64,000 nucleotides of DNA from positions 33,792-97,791 of the forward strand of contig CAYWUW010000001.1 of the NCBI GenBank assembly GCA_964461505.1, read 5' to 3'. This DNA is from an uncultured Candidatus Saccharibacteria bacterium. Lineage in GTDB: Bacteria; Patescibacteriota; Saccharimonadia; Saccharimonadales; HK-STAS-PATE-42. Below are positions 36,442-45,458 of this stretch, piece after piece. Within the stretch, counting starts at the first letter, position 1; every line of letters starts with the position of its first letter. A program made the translations under genes and the position numbers. The notes under the pieces were generated by a model that did no database searches, had not been told where the DNA came from, and saw nothing but the letters and a program-made list of their open reading frames with translations.

Positions 36442-36902
36442 ATCTTATGGAAGGGTTGACTTTCTAGCAATATCTATGATAAGATGGTTAACTGTAGACA
36501 AGCTTATAGCTAAGTTTGTTATTCTATGTACTTTATAAATCTATAAATTTAATAGAATTTATAGAATGTTAGGGCGTTTTTTTGTTTTTGCAAGCAGCGA
36601 GCGGCTCTTTATAAAAAGTGATACTTTTTTCAAGAAGGTTTACTACCCTCCACCTCTTGATATTCGAAAGTTATTCTTTGAAGCTTAAAAACTATTTTAT
36701 AGTTTTTAGCAGCCGTTTGCTAGTTCTAATTTAACAAAAAGGCGCACTAACCCCTTCAATTTTGAAGCGTTTCTTATGAGTGGTTTAGGGGTTTTTAAAT
36801 AGTGATTTTTTAATTTAGTCGCAGCCATTTAGGGCACTCGTTTTGTAAGATTTTTATGCTTTATTTTTTATTGAGGGGTGCTATGACCCTCTTGGATCAG
36901 CC

Positions 36903-36935
36903 TGAATAATTCGATGCCCACCCTCGAATTATTCA
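36903..36935. repeat. perfect 12-bp inverted repeat (TGAATAATTCGA-9-TCGAATTATTCA)
   Basis: seen directly; lies 3' of pth in a 525-bp gap with no convincing ORF. Confidence 0.7.
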
Positions 36936-36966
36936 TCAAAAGGCCCCAGGAGGGTTTTTTGCGTTT

Positions 36967-37593
36967 TTAGATTAAGCTTACGGCTTCTTGAATTAGTTTA
37001 TTAAGCTTAGACTGCTCTTCTTTATTAAACTTGCCGAGTACAAAATCTGCGGCGTCCATTTTTGTGAGCAGCTCATTTTTGATGCCGAATCTTATTCTTT
37101 TATAATCATTGGAATTAAGCTTAGCAGAAACATCTTTGAGGCCGTTATGAGTGCTTTTGCCTTCTCCGCCGCTTTTAAGCTTAATAGTTCCGAATTCTAA
37201 ATCTAGCTCATCATGCACGACGGTGATGGCTGTGCTTGGGAGGTTGTAGAAATCTGTTATGGCTCTTAGGCTTTTGCCGCTTAAGTTCATTAAAGTAGTT
37301 GGCTTAAGAAGGATTATCTTTTGGCCGTTTTCTATTTTTTGAGAGATGAGGCCGAAGAACTTTTTTTCTTCTTTAAAATCTGGAAAGTTGTTAAGCTTAG
37401 CGTAATTGTCTAAAATTTCGAAGCCGATGTTGTGGCGAGTTGTTTTGTATTTGTCTCCAATGTTTCCGAGGCCAACGATAAGCTTAATGTAGCCATCGTT
37501 ATTTTTAGAAATGTTTTTTTGGATTTCGGGCTTGCTGTTAATATCGCTCCAGCGGAGCTTAAAGTTAAATGCAGATCTTGAAACTATTGCCAT
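36967..37593 (-). CDS. pth: peptidyl-tRNA hydrolase
   Basis: LIVGLGNIGDKYKTTRHNIGF, VVHDELDL; N-terminal extension of about 35 aa, so the start is uncertain. Confidence 0.85.
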   Translation of the reverse strand: MAIVSRSAFNFKLRWSDINSKPEIQKNISKNNDGYIKLIVGLGNIGDKYKTTRHNIGFEILDNYAKLNNFPDFKEEKKFFGLISQKIENGQKIILLKPTTLMNLSGKSLRAITDFYNLPSTAITVVHDELDLEFGTIKLKSGGEGKSTHNGLKDVSAKLNSNDYKRIRFGIKNELLTKMDAADFVLGKFNKEEQSKLNKLIQEAVSLI

Positions 37594-37718
37594 GTTAAGC
37601 TTAGTATAACAGAGAAGAATCTTTCGTCATTCAGAGTGAACGTAGTGAGCGAAGAATTTAGTAGAATAAAGTTTTTTACTTTTTTGATTGGGGATGACGT
37701 GTGTTCTTGTGGATAGTT

Positions 37719-39125
37719 TTATGGCTTCCTTCTTTTTTTGAGGGCGTCACGGTAGGTGGTCTTCTTTTTTAGGCCTCTAACTTCTTTTTGGATGAACCAG
37801 ATTTCGATTGGGGTTCCGGTAAAGTTGAACTTTTCTCTTAAAGATTTTTCTAGATAGCGTTTGTAGCTCCAGTGGATTTTGCGGGTGTGGTTTCCAAAAA
37901 GTTGAAAGCTTGGGTAGGGAGTGTCGGTTTCTTGTACGGCGTAATTAAGCTTAGGGTGAAGGTTCCCTTTGGCGGTGGGTGGTTCGTGGTTGTAAACCGC
38001 CTCTCGCAGCCACTTGTTGAGTTCAGTAGTTTTGATTTTTTTACTACGCTCTGCTTGCGCGCTTAAGCTTAGTTCAATTATTTTGTTCAGGTTTTTATCT
38101 TCTTTAGAACTGGTAAAAATCAGTGGAGCCCACGGCACAAATTGGAGTTCACTTTGCAGTTTTGCGGCTACGTAATCTGCGCTAAAGGCATCTTTATCTT
38201 CAAAAGTATCCCACTTGCTAACGGCGATGATTAAGCCGCGGTTGGCATCTTTAACCATGCCGATAATTTTTTGATCCATGCCGGTGGCAAGTTCGTTGAT
38301 ATCTATCAAAACTATGCAAACGTCGGCTTGTTGAATGGCTCTTAAAGATTTTATGACGCTGAATTTTTCTAGGCCGTGTTCTATTTTGCCGGGTTTGCGA
38401 ATTCCGGCGGTATCTAAAAGTTCGATGTTTTTGCCAAAATATTTAATTCGGATTGAGTTTGTGTCGCGGGTGGTTCCGGCAACATCGGCAACTACGGCTT
38501 GTTGCTTTTTGGCAAGGGCATTAAAAATGGAACTTTTGCCAACGTTGGGGCGGCCTAAAAAGGCTATAACGAGGTCAGAATCTTCATACTTAAGCTTAGC
38601 GGGAACGGTTTGGACGATGCGATCAAGTAGTTCCTCTACTCCGCTTTTGTGAATTGCAGAGGTAAAATAGATTTCTGGAATTCCGAGCCGGCGAAACCGG
38701 TTTTGTTCTTCTTGAAAACCCTCTTCTTTTAAGCGCGCGGGGGCTTTAAGGGTGTCGGATTTGTTGATAATTAGGATAACTTCTTTGCCGCTTCTTCTGG
38801 CGAGTTTGGCAACTTTTTCATCTTCTGCAGAGATTATATTTCCGGCCTCTACTACTACTAAGATTAAATCGGCAGATTGAGAGGCATCTTGAATTTGTTC
38901 TTGGATGGTGGTTTCGAATTCATCGGCGGCTTTTTTGAGCCCGGCGGTATCTGCTAGCCAAAACTTTTTTTTGTTGTGCTCGCAAACGGCAAAAACGCTA
39001 TCTCGGGTGGTTCCGCTTTCTCTGGCTACGATAGAGCGTGCATAACCAAGCATGGCGTTAGTTAGGCTGCTTTTGCCAACGTTAGTTCTGCCAACTATGG
39101 CTACAATTGGGAGGTTTTCGCGCAT
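37719..39125 (-). CDS. der: ribosome-associated GTPase Der (EngA)
   Basis: two G domains (GRTNVGKSSL, GRPNVGKSSI) plus a KH-like C-terminus. Confidence 0.92.
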   Translation of the reverse strand: MRENLPIVAIVGRTNVGKSSLTNAMLGYARSIVARESGTTRDSVFAVCEHNKKKFWLADTAGLKKAADEFETTIQEQIQDASQSADLILVVVEAGNIISAEDEKVAKLARRSGKEVILIINKSDTLKAPARLKEEGFQEEQNRFRRLGIPEIYFTSAIHKSGVEELLDRIVQTVPAKLKYEDSDLVIAFLGRPNVGKSSIFNALAKKQQAVVADVAGTTRDTNSIRIKYFGKNIELLDTAGIRKPGKIEHGLEKFSVIKSLRAIQQADVCIVLIDINELATGMDQKIIGMVKDANRGLIIAVSKWDTFEDKDAFSADYVAAKLQSELQFVPWAPLIFTSSKEDKNLNKIIELSLSAQAERSKKIKTTELNKWLREAVYNHEPPTAKGNLHPKLNYAVQETDTPYPSFQLFGNHTRKIHWSYKRYLEKSLREKFNFTGTPIEIWFIQKEVRGLKKKTTYRDALKKRRKP

Positions 39126-39198
39126 CTCTAAGTTTAATTATTCCTTAAGCTTAGTATAGCATTAAAACAGTGGTAAGTTAAACATCTGAACAAAAAAG

Positions 39199-39207
39199 TT
39201 GTATAAT
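39199..39207 (+). promoter_or_regulatory. -10 box TTGTATAAT
   Basis: 10 nt before ATG 39218; the ORF-track start 39206 overlaps the box itself. Confidence 0.45.
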
Positions 39208-39217
39208 GATTGTTAAG

Positions 39218-39523
39218 ATGAATATTCCTCCAGGCTTTAAACTTTGGCTACTGTTTAAGCATAGCGAACAAGAAAGGCCAGCTTGTTTGGGTTCGGTGCT
39301 TTCTCAGAAGGTTGGTGCTAGAGCTGTTTGCGATGCTTGTGCTACTCGTAAAGATAATCTGGAGCCTAATGGCTGGGTTGTTGTTCCTGCGAGAGAGAAA
39401 GCTGATCCAGGATCTGAAAAAGCGGGTTTAAAAACATGGGGAGGCTTTGCAGTGTGCTGCCATTTTACCGAAAGAATAGATGTTTTGCCAGGCATGACAG
39501 AGTTTGACTTAAAAGAGGATTAA
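39218..39523 (+). CDS. small Cys-containing protein, hypothetical
   Basis: 101 aa, 5 Cys, GC-richer than surroundings. Confidence 0.4.
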   Translation: MNIPPGFKLWLLFKHSEQERPACLGSVLSQKVGARAVCDACATRKDNLEPNGWVVVPAREKADPGSEKAGLKTWGGFAVCCHFTERIDVLPGMTEFDLKED

Positions 39524-39600
39524 GCTTAAGGTTGCTAAATCTTAAAAATAGGAGTATGCTTTTTGGTTAAAACTCTATAAAATTCAGAAAGGAATTATTT

Positions 39601-40038
39601 ATGCCCAATAAACGTAAAGGTAAAGATTGCCACGGAACATATCTAGAGGATGGTGGTGTGCTCGATAAGATTGGTCGCGGCGTAGGCAGCCTTGTACGTG
39701 ATACAGGAGAAGGAGTTCAGCGTGGGCTTACTGCTACTTTGCGTGGTTTGGGTGATGCGGCACATGGGTTGGCGGATGGACTAGATGGAATAGAGAGTGA
39801 ACATGCGAGAGAGATTTGTGTTGTGGTCACGGTTAGGGGCGTAGAAGCAAAAATAAGAACTCTGGCTAACGGTGATCCAGATAGAGTCGCAGGCAGTATT
39901 AATCAACTTTCTTGCCCGGAAGAACGAGCCGCTAGATGTGGTCGGAGCTGTATGAGGACTTTGGGAGGTAACTCAGGCTTTCCGACGGATAGATTTGGTT
40001 CAGCCTATGGCCTTTCTAAAGCCGATGACACAATGTAA
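39601..40038 (+). CDS. small Gly/Arg-rich Cys-containing protein, hypothetical
   Basis: 145 aa, AAAGGA 7 nt upstream of the ATG, no recognised domain. Confidence 0.45.
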   Translation: MPNKRKGKDCHGTYLEDGGVLDKIGRGVGSLVRDTGEGVQRGLTATLRGLGDAAHGLADGLDGIESEHAREICVVVTVRGVEAKIRTLANGDPDRVAGSINQLSCPEERAARCGRSCMRTLGGNSGFPTDRFGSAYGLSKADDTM

Positions 40039-40065
40039 GTATCACGCTAAGCTTAAGGTATTGAT

Positions 40066-40353
40066 ATGAGTGAGTTTTGTAATTTTGGTCAAGACGTTAG
40101 AAAGGTTACCGAAGAAGGTTCCAGAACTGTTGGTGCTACGGTGCGTGTAGAACAGGCTGGAGTGATGGGCTTAACTTCTTGTGAGTTTGATGAGGTAACG
40201 GGTAAGCATTTGAGTACAACGCACCCTGTTGAGGTGCGTTACGGCATTTTTGAGGTTAGCGGAATTATTCCTGGGGTTGTTGAAGACGTTAAAGTTTCTT
40301 GCCCGAGGCTTAGAAAGTGTGATTCTTGCCCTAATAGAAAAAAGCTAAATTAG
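40066..40353 (+). CDS. small Cys-containing protein, hypothetical
   Basis: 95 aa, C-terminal CPRLRKCDSCP; stop overlaps the convergent pseudouridine synthase stop. Confidence 0.4.
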   Translation: MSEFCNFGQDVRKVTEEGSRTVGATVRVEQAGVMGLTSCEFDEVTGKHLSTTHPVEVRYGIFEVSGIIPGVVEDVKVSCPRLRKCDSCPNRKKLN

Positions 40354-41051
40354 TTTATATTAAGCTTAACTTCTTTAACAGCTCCTTCTTGTAGATCTTC
40401 TAGCTTAAATGGGCCGAGCTGGGTGCGCTGCAGGAATGTTACTTTGTAGCCGAGTTCGTAGAAGGTGCGGCGGATTTGGCGGTTGCGGCCTTCTGTGAGT
40501 TGGATTTCTAAATACCCCTCACCTAGCCTCTCCCGAGGGAGAGGGATAATTTGCTGGAATTTGGAGGGGCGAGAATCTCCGATTTGAATTCCGGCTTTAA
40601 GCTTAATTAAATCGGCTTGTTCTAGTTTTTTATTAAGCTTAACAAGGTAGGTTTTTGTTTTTCCGGAAGATGGGTGGATGAGTTGGTTGAGATATTCTCC
40701 GTCATTGGTAAGCAAGATTAAGCCGCAAGAATCTTTATCTAGCCGGCCGGCAATGTTTAAGTTTAGCTTTTGGTATTTTTTGGGCAAGAATTCATAAACA
40801 GTTGGAGCTCCGCCTTGCGAGACTTTTGAAGATAGGTAGCCAACCGGTTTGTTAAGCAGCAAGTAGGTTTTTTCTAAATTGCTAAGCTTAATAATTTTAT
40901 TCTGATACTCTACTTTATCTTGTTCTGGCTCTACTCTATCTCCGAGTTTGGCGATTTGGCCGCCTAGCTTAATTTTTTTTGCGGCAATTAGATCATCGGC
41001 AGATCTTCTAGAGATGTTTAAGCTTAGCGATAGGAACTTGTTGAGGCGCAT
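40350..41051 (-). CDS. pseudouridine synthase, RsuA/RluB family
   Basis: S4 domain (MRLNKFLS), GRLDKDSCGLILLTNDG, EGRNRQIRR. Confidence 0.88.
   Translation of the reverse strand: MRLNKFLSLSLNISRRSADDLIAAKKIKLGGQIAKLGDRVEPEQDKVEYQNKIIKLSNLEKTYLLLNKPVGYLSSKVSQGGAPTVYEFLPKKYQKLNLNIAGRLDKDSCGLILLTNDGEYLNQLIHPSSGKTKTYLVKLNKKLEQADLIKLKAGIQIGDSRPSKFQQIIPLPRERLGEGYLEIQLTEGRNRQIRRTFYELGYKVTFLQRTQLGPFKLEDLQEGAVKEVKLNIN
40516..40547 (+). repeat. hairpin repeat family G copy inside a CDS
   Basis: CCCCTCACCTAGCCTCTCCCGAGGGAGAGGGA; read in frame on the minus strand as part of IPLPRERLGEGY. Confidence 0.7.
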
Positions 41052-41138
41052 ATGTTTTATAAAGTATAGCAGGATCTTGGCTCCCTCACTTGTAGGGAGG
41101 GATTGAGGGAGGGTTCTTTTTATAACCCCTTACCTAAT

Positions 41139-42854
41139 TTAGGAAATCCAGATGAGGGTGAGGGCGAGATCTTCGTAACTTAAGTTTAGGCCAGATTTAA
41201 GCGCAGCGGCTTGAAGATCTTTTAGAATGTAGCGAGAGGCGAGATCTAATTTTTTGTTCTGTTGAATAATCTTTTTTAAAGAATTAATTTGCTTGGCGGG
41301 TGGTTTTAGGTTGCTAAACTTAAGAAGTTCTTTTTTGGGCTGTGGAGATTCGTGAATGTATCTAGCTAAATGGTTGATGGCGGTTTGGGTTTTAATCTGG
41401 CGTTCTTGGCAAACCTCTGCAATGCTTTTGCCCGAAAGAATAAGCTTAACGGTTGTTTTGTGGCTATCTTTTTGGCCTTTGCCACCAATCTTTTTTTGAA
41501 TCGGTTGGTTTTGGATTGGTTCGGCTTTTAAAGTTCCGCCAAATTTTTTGATGGATTTTTCAATATTTTTGGTGATTTCTGCTGGCTTAAGTTTAGTGAA
41601 TCTTGCGGAGGCGAGATCTGAATGTTTGGAAAGTTGCTGATTAATTTTAAGAATGCTCGGATTGATTTGGAGCGACATCTGGTTAAATTCTTCTAGAAAT
41701 AAGCCTTCTAAACTTTTAACGCGCGAAAGTGCAACGTAGCCCATTCCATATTCAAAAACTTTGCCCAGGTTGATGTAGGCGGAATCTAGGCTCATGCCTT
41801 GGCTTTTGTGAATGGTGATGGCCCAGGCTAGGCGCAAAGGAATTTGTTCGATGCTGGCAAGATCTTGGCCTTTTTCATCTTGGATAGACCAGGTTTCGGG
41901 TTCTGCAATAATTAACTTTTCGTCAAGAGTTTGGATGATCGGCCAGTTGGTTTCTTTTTTAAAATTAATAACTTTGCCGCGAGTTCCGTTAACGTAGCGT
42001 CCGGATTGATCGTTTTTAACAAACATAACTTCGGCTCCAACTTTAAGCTTAAGTTCTTGTGGGGCTAGGCAAGATTTGAGCAGGCTTTGCACAAGGGCGA
42101 GTTTGCCGGAATGCGTGGTTGTGTAAAGCTCTTCTTTAGAATTAAGCTTAGTAAGTTCGATATCGTTGATAAAATCGACATCTTGATTGTGGCTGTAGAG
42201 TTTGGTTGTGGCAAGAGCGTGGGTTGTAAAAATTCTGTTGTTTAAAGTTTTGATATTATCTGCTGTGGGCTGCCCTGCTCTAATGTTATTTAGAATTAAG
42301 CTTAGTGCGTCGGTTTGGTTTTGGCGGTGTTGTTCTTGCAGGTAACAGATAACTGGTTTAAGTTCGCTCCAGGCCCCAGAATGAACGACCATTTGCAGTT
42401 TGCTGCCTCTTTCTTTAGAGATTGGTGGGAGCTGGAAGAGATCTCCACACAAAATAACTTGTAAGCCACCGAATGGGAGTTCACTTTCCTTCATATGTTG
42501 GCAAATTAAGTTTAGATTATCAAAAAAGCTGGCGCTTAGCATTGAGATTTCGTCGATAATTAGAATTTTGGTTTGGTTGAAGCGCTTTTGGAGTTCTTTC
42601 TTCTTGGAAAGTTTTTCGAGATCTGCTTTGGTTATCTGATCTTTAATGCCGATTCCAGACCAGGAATGAATGGTGGTTCCGCCGATGTGGGTGGCGGCGA
42701 TTCCGGTGGAGGCGGTGATGGCGATGCCAATGCGGTGTTCTTTAGCCCAAGTGATGAATTTGTTTAGGGTGTAGGTTTTGCCGGAACCTGCCTGGCCTGT
42801 TAAAAAGATGTTGTAGCCCATCTGCATGATGGGCAGAGCTTGGGATTGGAGCAT
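41139..42854 (-). CDS. PIF1/RecD-like ATP-dependent DNA helicase with C-terminal HTH region
   Basis: LTGQAGSGKT, IIDEISM, CGDLFQLPP, ITIHKSQGMS. Confidence 0.75.
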   Translation of the reverse strand: MLQSQALPIMQMGYNIFLTGQAGSGKTYTLNKFITWAKEHRIGIAITASTGIAATHIGGTTIHSWSGIGIKDQITKADLEKLSKKKELQKRFNQTKILIIDEISMLSASFFDNLNLICQHMKESELPFGGLQVILCGDLFQLPPISKERGSKLQMVVHSGAWSELKPVICYLQEQHRQNQTDALSLILNNIRAGQPTADNIKTLNNRIFTTHALATTKLYSHNQDVDFINDIELTKLNSKEELYTTTHSGKLALVQSLLKSCLAPQELKLKVGAEVMFVKNDQSGRYVNGTRGKVINFKKETNWPIIQTLDEKLIIAEPETWSIQDEKGQDLASIEQIPLRLAWAITIHKSQGMSLDSAYINLGKVFEYGMGYVALSRVKSLEGLFLEEFNQMSLQINPSILKINQQLSKHSDLASARFTKLKPAEITKNIEKSIKKFGGTLKAEPIQNQPIQKKIGGKGQKDSHKTTVKLILSGKSIAEVCQERQIKTQTAINHLARYIHESPQPKKELLKFSNLKPPAKQINSLKKIIQQNKKLDLASRYILKDLQAAALKSGLNLSYEDLALTLIWIS

Positions 42855-42903
42855 AGTTAAGTTTAAGTATAGCGGAAAGAGGCTGGTTAATCTGAGGTTA
42901 AGT

Positions 42904-43299
42904 TTAGGAATCTTTTAAGGTGAGTAGAGCTTTGATTGCCTGATCTTTATTGGTGTACTGAACAAAGATGTGGTCATGGAAGTATGCGGCTATGACATTG
43001 GCAGATATACCTTCTTCTGTTAGTTTTGTAGAAAGAGCTGCGGTTAAGCCAACGAGTTCTAGTGATGTGTGAACTTTTATGCTGAGTTTAGCAAAAGGTC
43101 CATCATAGGGAATCTTACTTTCTTCTAGAAAGTCTACGGTGGCTACAATTGTTTGCCCTTCGTCTTCCCAAAATGTTGCAATGATTTCTTTTGAATCTGT
43201 ATGGTTGCCGGCATTGGTAGTGGTGAATCCATATTGAATATGGTCACAGTCTACTTCTAGTGAATTGAGTACTTCTTGAAGGTTGGTGTTCCCTGCCAT
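42904..43299 (-). CDS. ACT-domain-like small protein
   Basis: 131 aa from ATG 43299; the upstream part of the 206-aa ORF runs through tRNA-Glu and is discarded. Confidence 0.45.
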   Translation of the reverse strand: MAGNTNLQEVLNSLEVDCDHIQYGFTTTNAGNHTDSKEIIATFWEDEGQTIVATVDFLEESKIPYDGPFAKLSIKVHTSLELVGLTAALSTKLTEEGISANVIAAYFHDHIFVQYTNKDQAIKALLTLKDS

Positions 43300-43319
43300 C
43301 TTACTTCTAAGCTTAAGCT

Positions 43320-43394
43320 TGGTGACCCTACCGGGAATCGAACCCGGATTGCCAGATTGAGAATCTGGTGTCCTAACCGTTAGACGATAGGGCC
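43320..43394 (-). tRNA. tRNA-Glu (anticodon CUC), CCA encoded
   Basis: GGCCCTATCGTCTAACGGTTAGGACACCAGATTCTCAATCTGG..GGTTCGATTCCCGGTAGGGTCACCA folds as a cloverleaf. Confidence 0.88.
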
Positions 43395-43611
43395 AGTGAA
43401 ATGAGAATGCGGTTTTTGTGCTTGCACAGAAAACCATTTTTGAATGAGCGGGTCTATCTTGTAGAGATAGGGCCAGCGAAATGAGAAATATGGGCCCCGG
43501 ATCGGAGCCCGGGGCTGCGGACATCTCCTTCGGAGATGTCCTTGATTATATCAAAAACGGGGTGAGATCTGCTAAGCTTAAGGTAATAAAAAGGTGGTAA
43601 AGATTTTCTTT

Positions 43612-43986
43612 ATGGAATACAACAAGCTTTCAGAAGCAGAAAAGTATGTAATTGAAGATAAAGGGACGGAGGCGCCGTTTTCTGGTGAGTATGATGGTTT
43701 TTATCCTCCAGAAGGAGTTTTTGTGTGCAGAAGGTGTAACGCTCCCCTGTTTGATGCAAAGTTTAAGTTTAAATCTGACTGTGGTTGGCCGAGCTTTGAT
43801 GAGTTTATTCCAGGAGCGGTTCAAGAAGATCTGGATGCTGATGGCCGAAGAACAGAAATTACTTCTGCAACTTGCGGTGGGCATCTGGGGCATGTTTTTC
43901 GGGGTGAAAATCTGACTGATAAAAATACAAGGCACTGTGTAAATAGTTTGAGTATTAAATTTGTTCCGAAAAATGAAGAAGAGTAA
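43612..43986 (+). CDS. msrB: peptide-methionine (R)-S-oxide reductase MsrB
   Basis: CRRCNAPLF, CGWPSF, CGGHLGHVF, RHCVNS. Confidence 0.88.
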   Translation: MEYNKLSEAEKYVIEDKGTEAPFSGEYDGFYPPEGVFVCRRCNAPLFDAKFKFKSDCGWPSFDEFIPGAVQEDLDADGRRTEITSATCGGHLGHVFRGENLTDKNTRHCVNSLSIKFVPKNEEE

Positions 43987-44875
43987 ACAGCAGTTTGGGG
44001 TTAGTTTTAGCTTAAAGCAGTGTCGAGGCTTTGAGGTTGATCCGAAGGCGACGCTTAAGTTCTTGCTTAAAGAAGTCGGCTTGCGACGTTTTAGGCTGAT
44101 GAGTTACTGGGATGAACATGAACTCTCTTGCGGTGAATATAACTTTAAAGAACTAGACTGGCAGTTTGATTTGATTGAAGAATATGGAGGCGAAGTATCT
44201 TTATGTTTAGGAGTTCGGCAACCTCGGTGGCCAGAAAATCATCTTCCGCAGTGGGTACTAAGCTTAAGTTCTAGTGAGTTTAAAAAAGAACTGATTAAGT
44301 TTAATACAAAAGTTGTTCAAAGGTATAAAAAGCGAGAATCTTTAGTTAGTTGGCAGTTAGAAAATGAGGCTTTAAACCGTAGTTTTGGGGTTAATGGCAA
44401 TTTTGATAGAAAGCGTTTAAGGGCTGAGTTTGCTAAGCTTAAGGTTCTTGATTCTGGCCATCCGGTAATTATGAGCACAAGTAATAATTTTGGTTTGCCG
44501 ATTCGGAGGCCGCGTCCGGATATTTTTGGGTTTAGTTTGTACAGAGTTCAATACAAAAAGGGCGGCTATAGTTATTCTAAAATGCCGGTTCTGCATTATA
44601 AGCTTAGGGTGCTTTGTATCTTTTTGATTACTGGTAGAAGAACTTTTATTCATGAGTTGCAGGCGGAACCGTGGGGGCCAAGCTCTACTCAAGATTTAAG
44701 TAAATCTGAACAAGAAGAATCTATGAGTATACAACAGCTTAAGCTTAATATTGAATTTGCTAAAAAAACAAACCTCTTTCCTATTGACCTTTGGGGTGGT
44801 GAATGGTGGTATTGGCGAAAACTTCACGGCGATGATAGATTTTGGGTAGAAGTTAAGAGGATGGTAAAAGCTTAA
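43973..44875 (+). CDS. TIM-barrel glycoside-hydrolase-like protein
   Basis: WQLENEALN (NE acid/base-like) and a cellulase-like layout; start uncertain (43961 or 43973); overlaps the msrB end. Confidence 0.4.
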   Translation: MKKSKQQFGVSFSLKQCRGFEVDPKATLKFLLKEVGLRRFRLMSYWDEHELSCGEYNFKELDWQFDLIEEYGGEVSLCLGVRQPRWPENHLPQWVLSLSSSEFKKELIKFNTKVVQRYKKRESLVSWQLENEALNRSFGVNGNFDRKRLRAEFAKLKVLDSGHPVIMSTSNNFGLPIRRPRPDIFGFSLYRVQYKKGGYSYSKMPVLHYKLRVLCIFLITGRRTFIHELQAEPWGPSSTQDLSKSEQEESMSIQQLKLNIEFAKKTNLFPIDLWGGEWWYWRKLHGDDRFWVEVKRMVKA

Positions 44876-44892
44876 AGGTACCCTGCTAGGGT

Positions 44893-45366
44893 TTAGTATT
44901 TTGGGACCCTAAGCTTAATTGGTTCGGTGCGGATTTCTGGACTAATTGTTTGAGGGTGGCCATCAAGCCCGAATGCTGCCCTAGCGTCTAGACAGGCTTT
45001 GGAGCCGACCTGGTAAGTTTTGCATGCATTAGGCCTGTTAGGATAATCTGCGCAAGAGTAGCCTTTTTCTGGCTGAATGTTGCTACAATCTACAAGCAGC
45101 ACAAAGGCGCCATAGTTTTGGGGTACTTCTATGATGGTTCTAACTTTTACCGGTTCGCCGTTCTTCATTCCGTGTACGTCTTGTTCAAGCTTTTGTGGAT
45201 ATTGTTTTGGGCGCAGAATAGCTCTGGGCCTACCCATTACCTTTTTGTGTACAGAGACTTCTGTTTCGCTAAGCAGCAGCATGCTTCCGGCGCGGCAGCA
45301 GGCAGCGATGCAGGTTTGGCAGGATATCTGGTTCTGTTGTGTGGAATTTGGGGAGAGTTCACTCAT
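44893..45366 (-). CDS. YkgJ-family Cys-cluster (zinc/iron-chelating) protein
   Basis: CQTCIAACCRAG (CxxCxxCC). Confidence 0.65.
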   Translation of the reverse strand: MSELSPNSTQQNQISCQTCIAACCRAGSMLLLSETEVSVHKKVMGRPRAILRPKQYPQKLEQDVHGMKNGEPVKVRTIIEVPQNYGAFVLLVDCSNIQPEKGYSCADYPNRPNACKTYQVGSKACLDARAAFGLDGHPQTISPEIRTEPIKLRVPKY

Positions 45367-45439
45367 CTTTGATGATTATACGATATAGGACAGCTGTGCG
45401 CCAGGTAAGAGGTCGGCTGCATCTTTCGCCAAGCTTAGG

Positions 45440-45448
45440 TAGTATAAT
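45440..45448 (+). promoter_or_regulatory. -10 box TAGTATAAT
   Basis: 10 nt before ATG 45459. Confidence 0.5.
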
Positions 45449-45458
45449 CTAGTTATAT

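Noticed and set aside
36442-36966. tmRNA, RNase P RNA, SRP RNA or 6S RNA in the large gene-free gaps (also 22945-23331 and 31552-31908)
   Set aside because: I could not find the conserved cores by eye: the tRNA-like GGTTCGAATCC..CCA end of tmRNA, the RNase P GAGGAAAGTCC core, or the SRP GGAAGCAGCC core. A covariance-model search is needed before any call.
43300-43524. N-terminal 75 codons of ORF 42904-43524
   Set aside because: This part reads straight through tRNA-Glu and the GC hairpins. The CDS was truncated to ATG 43299.
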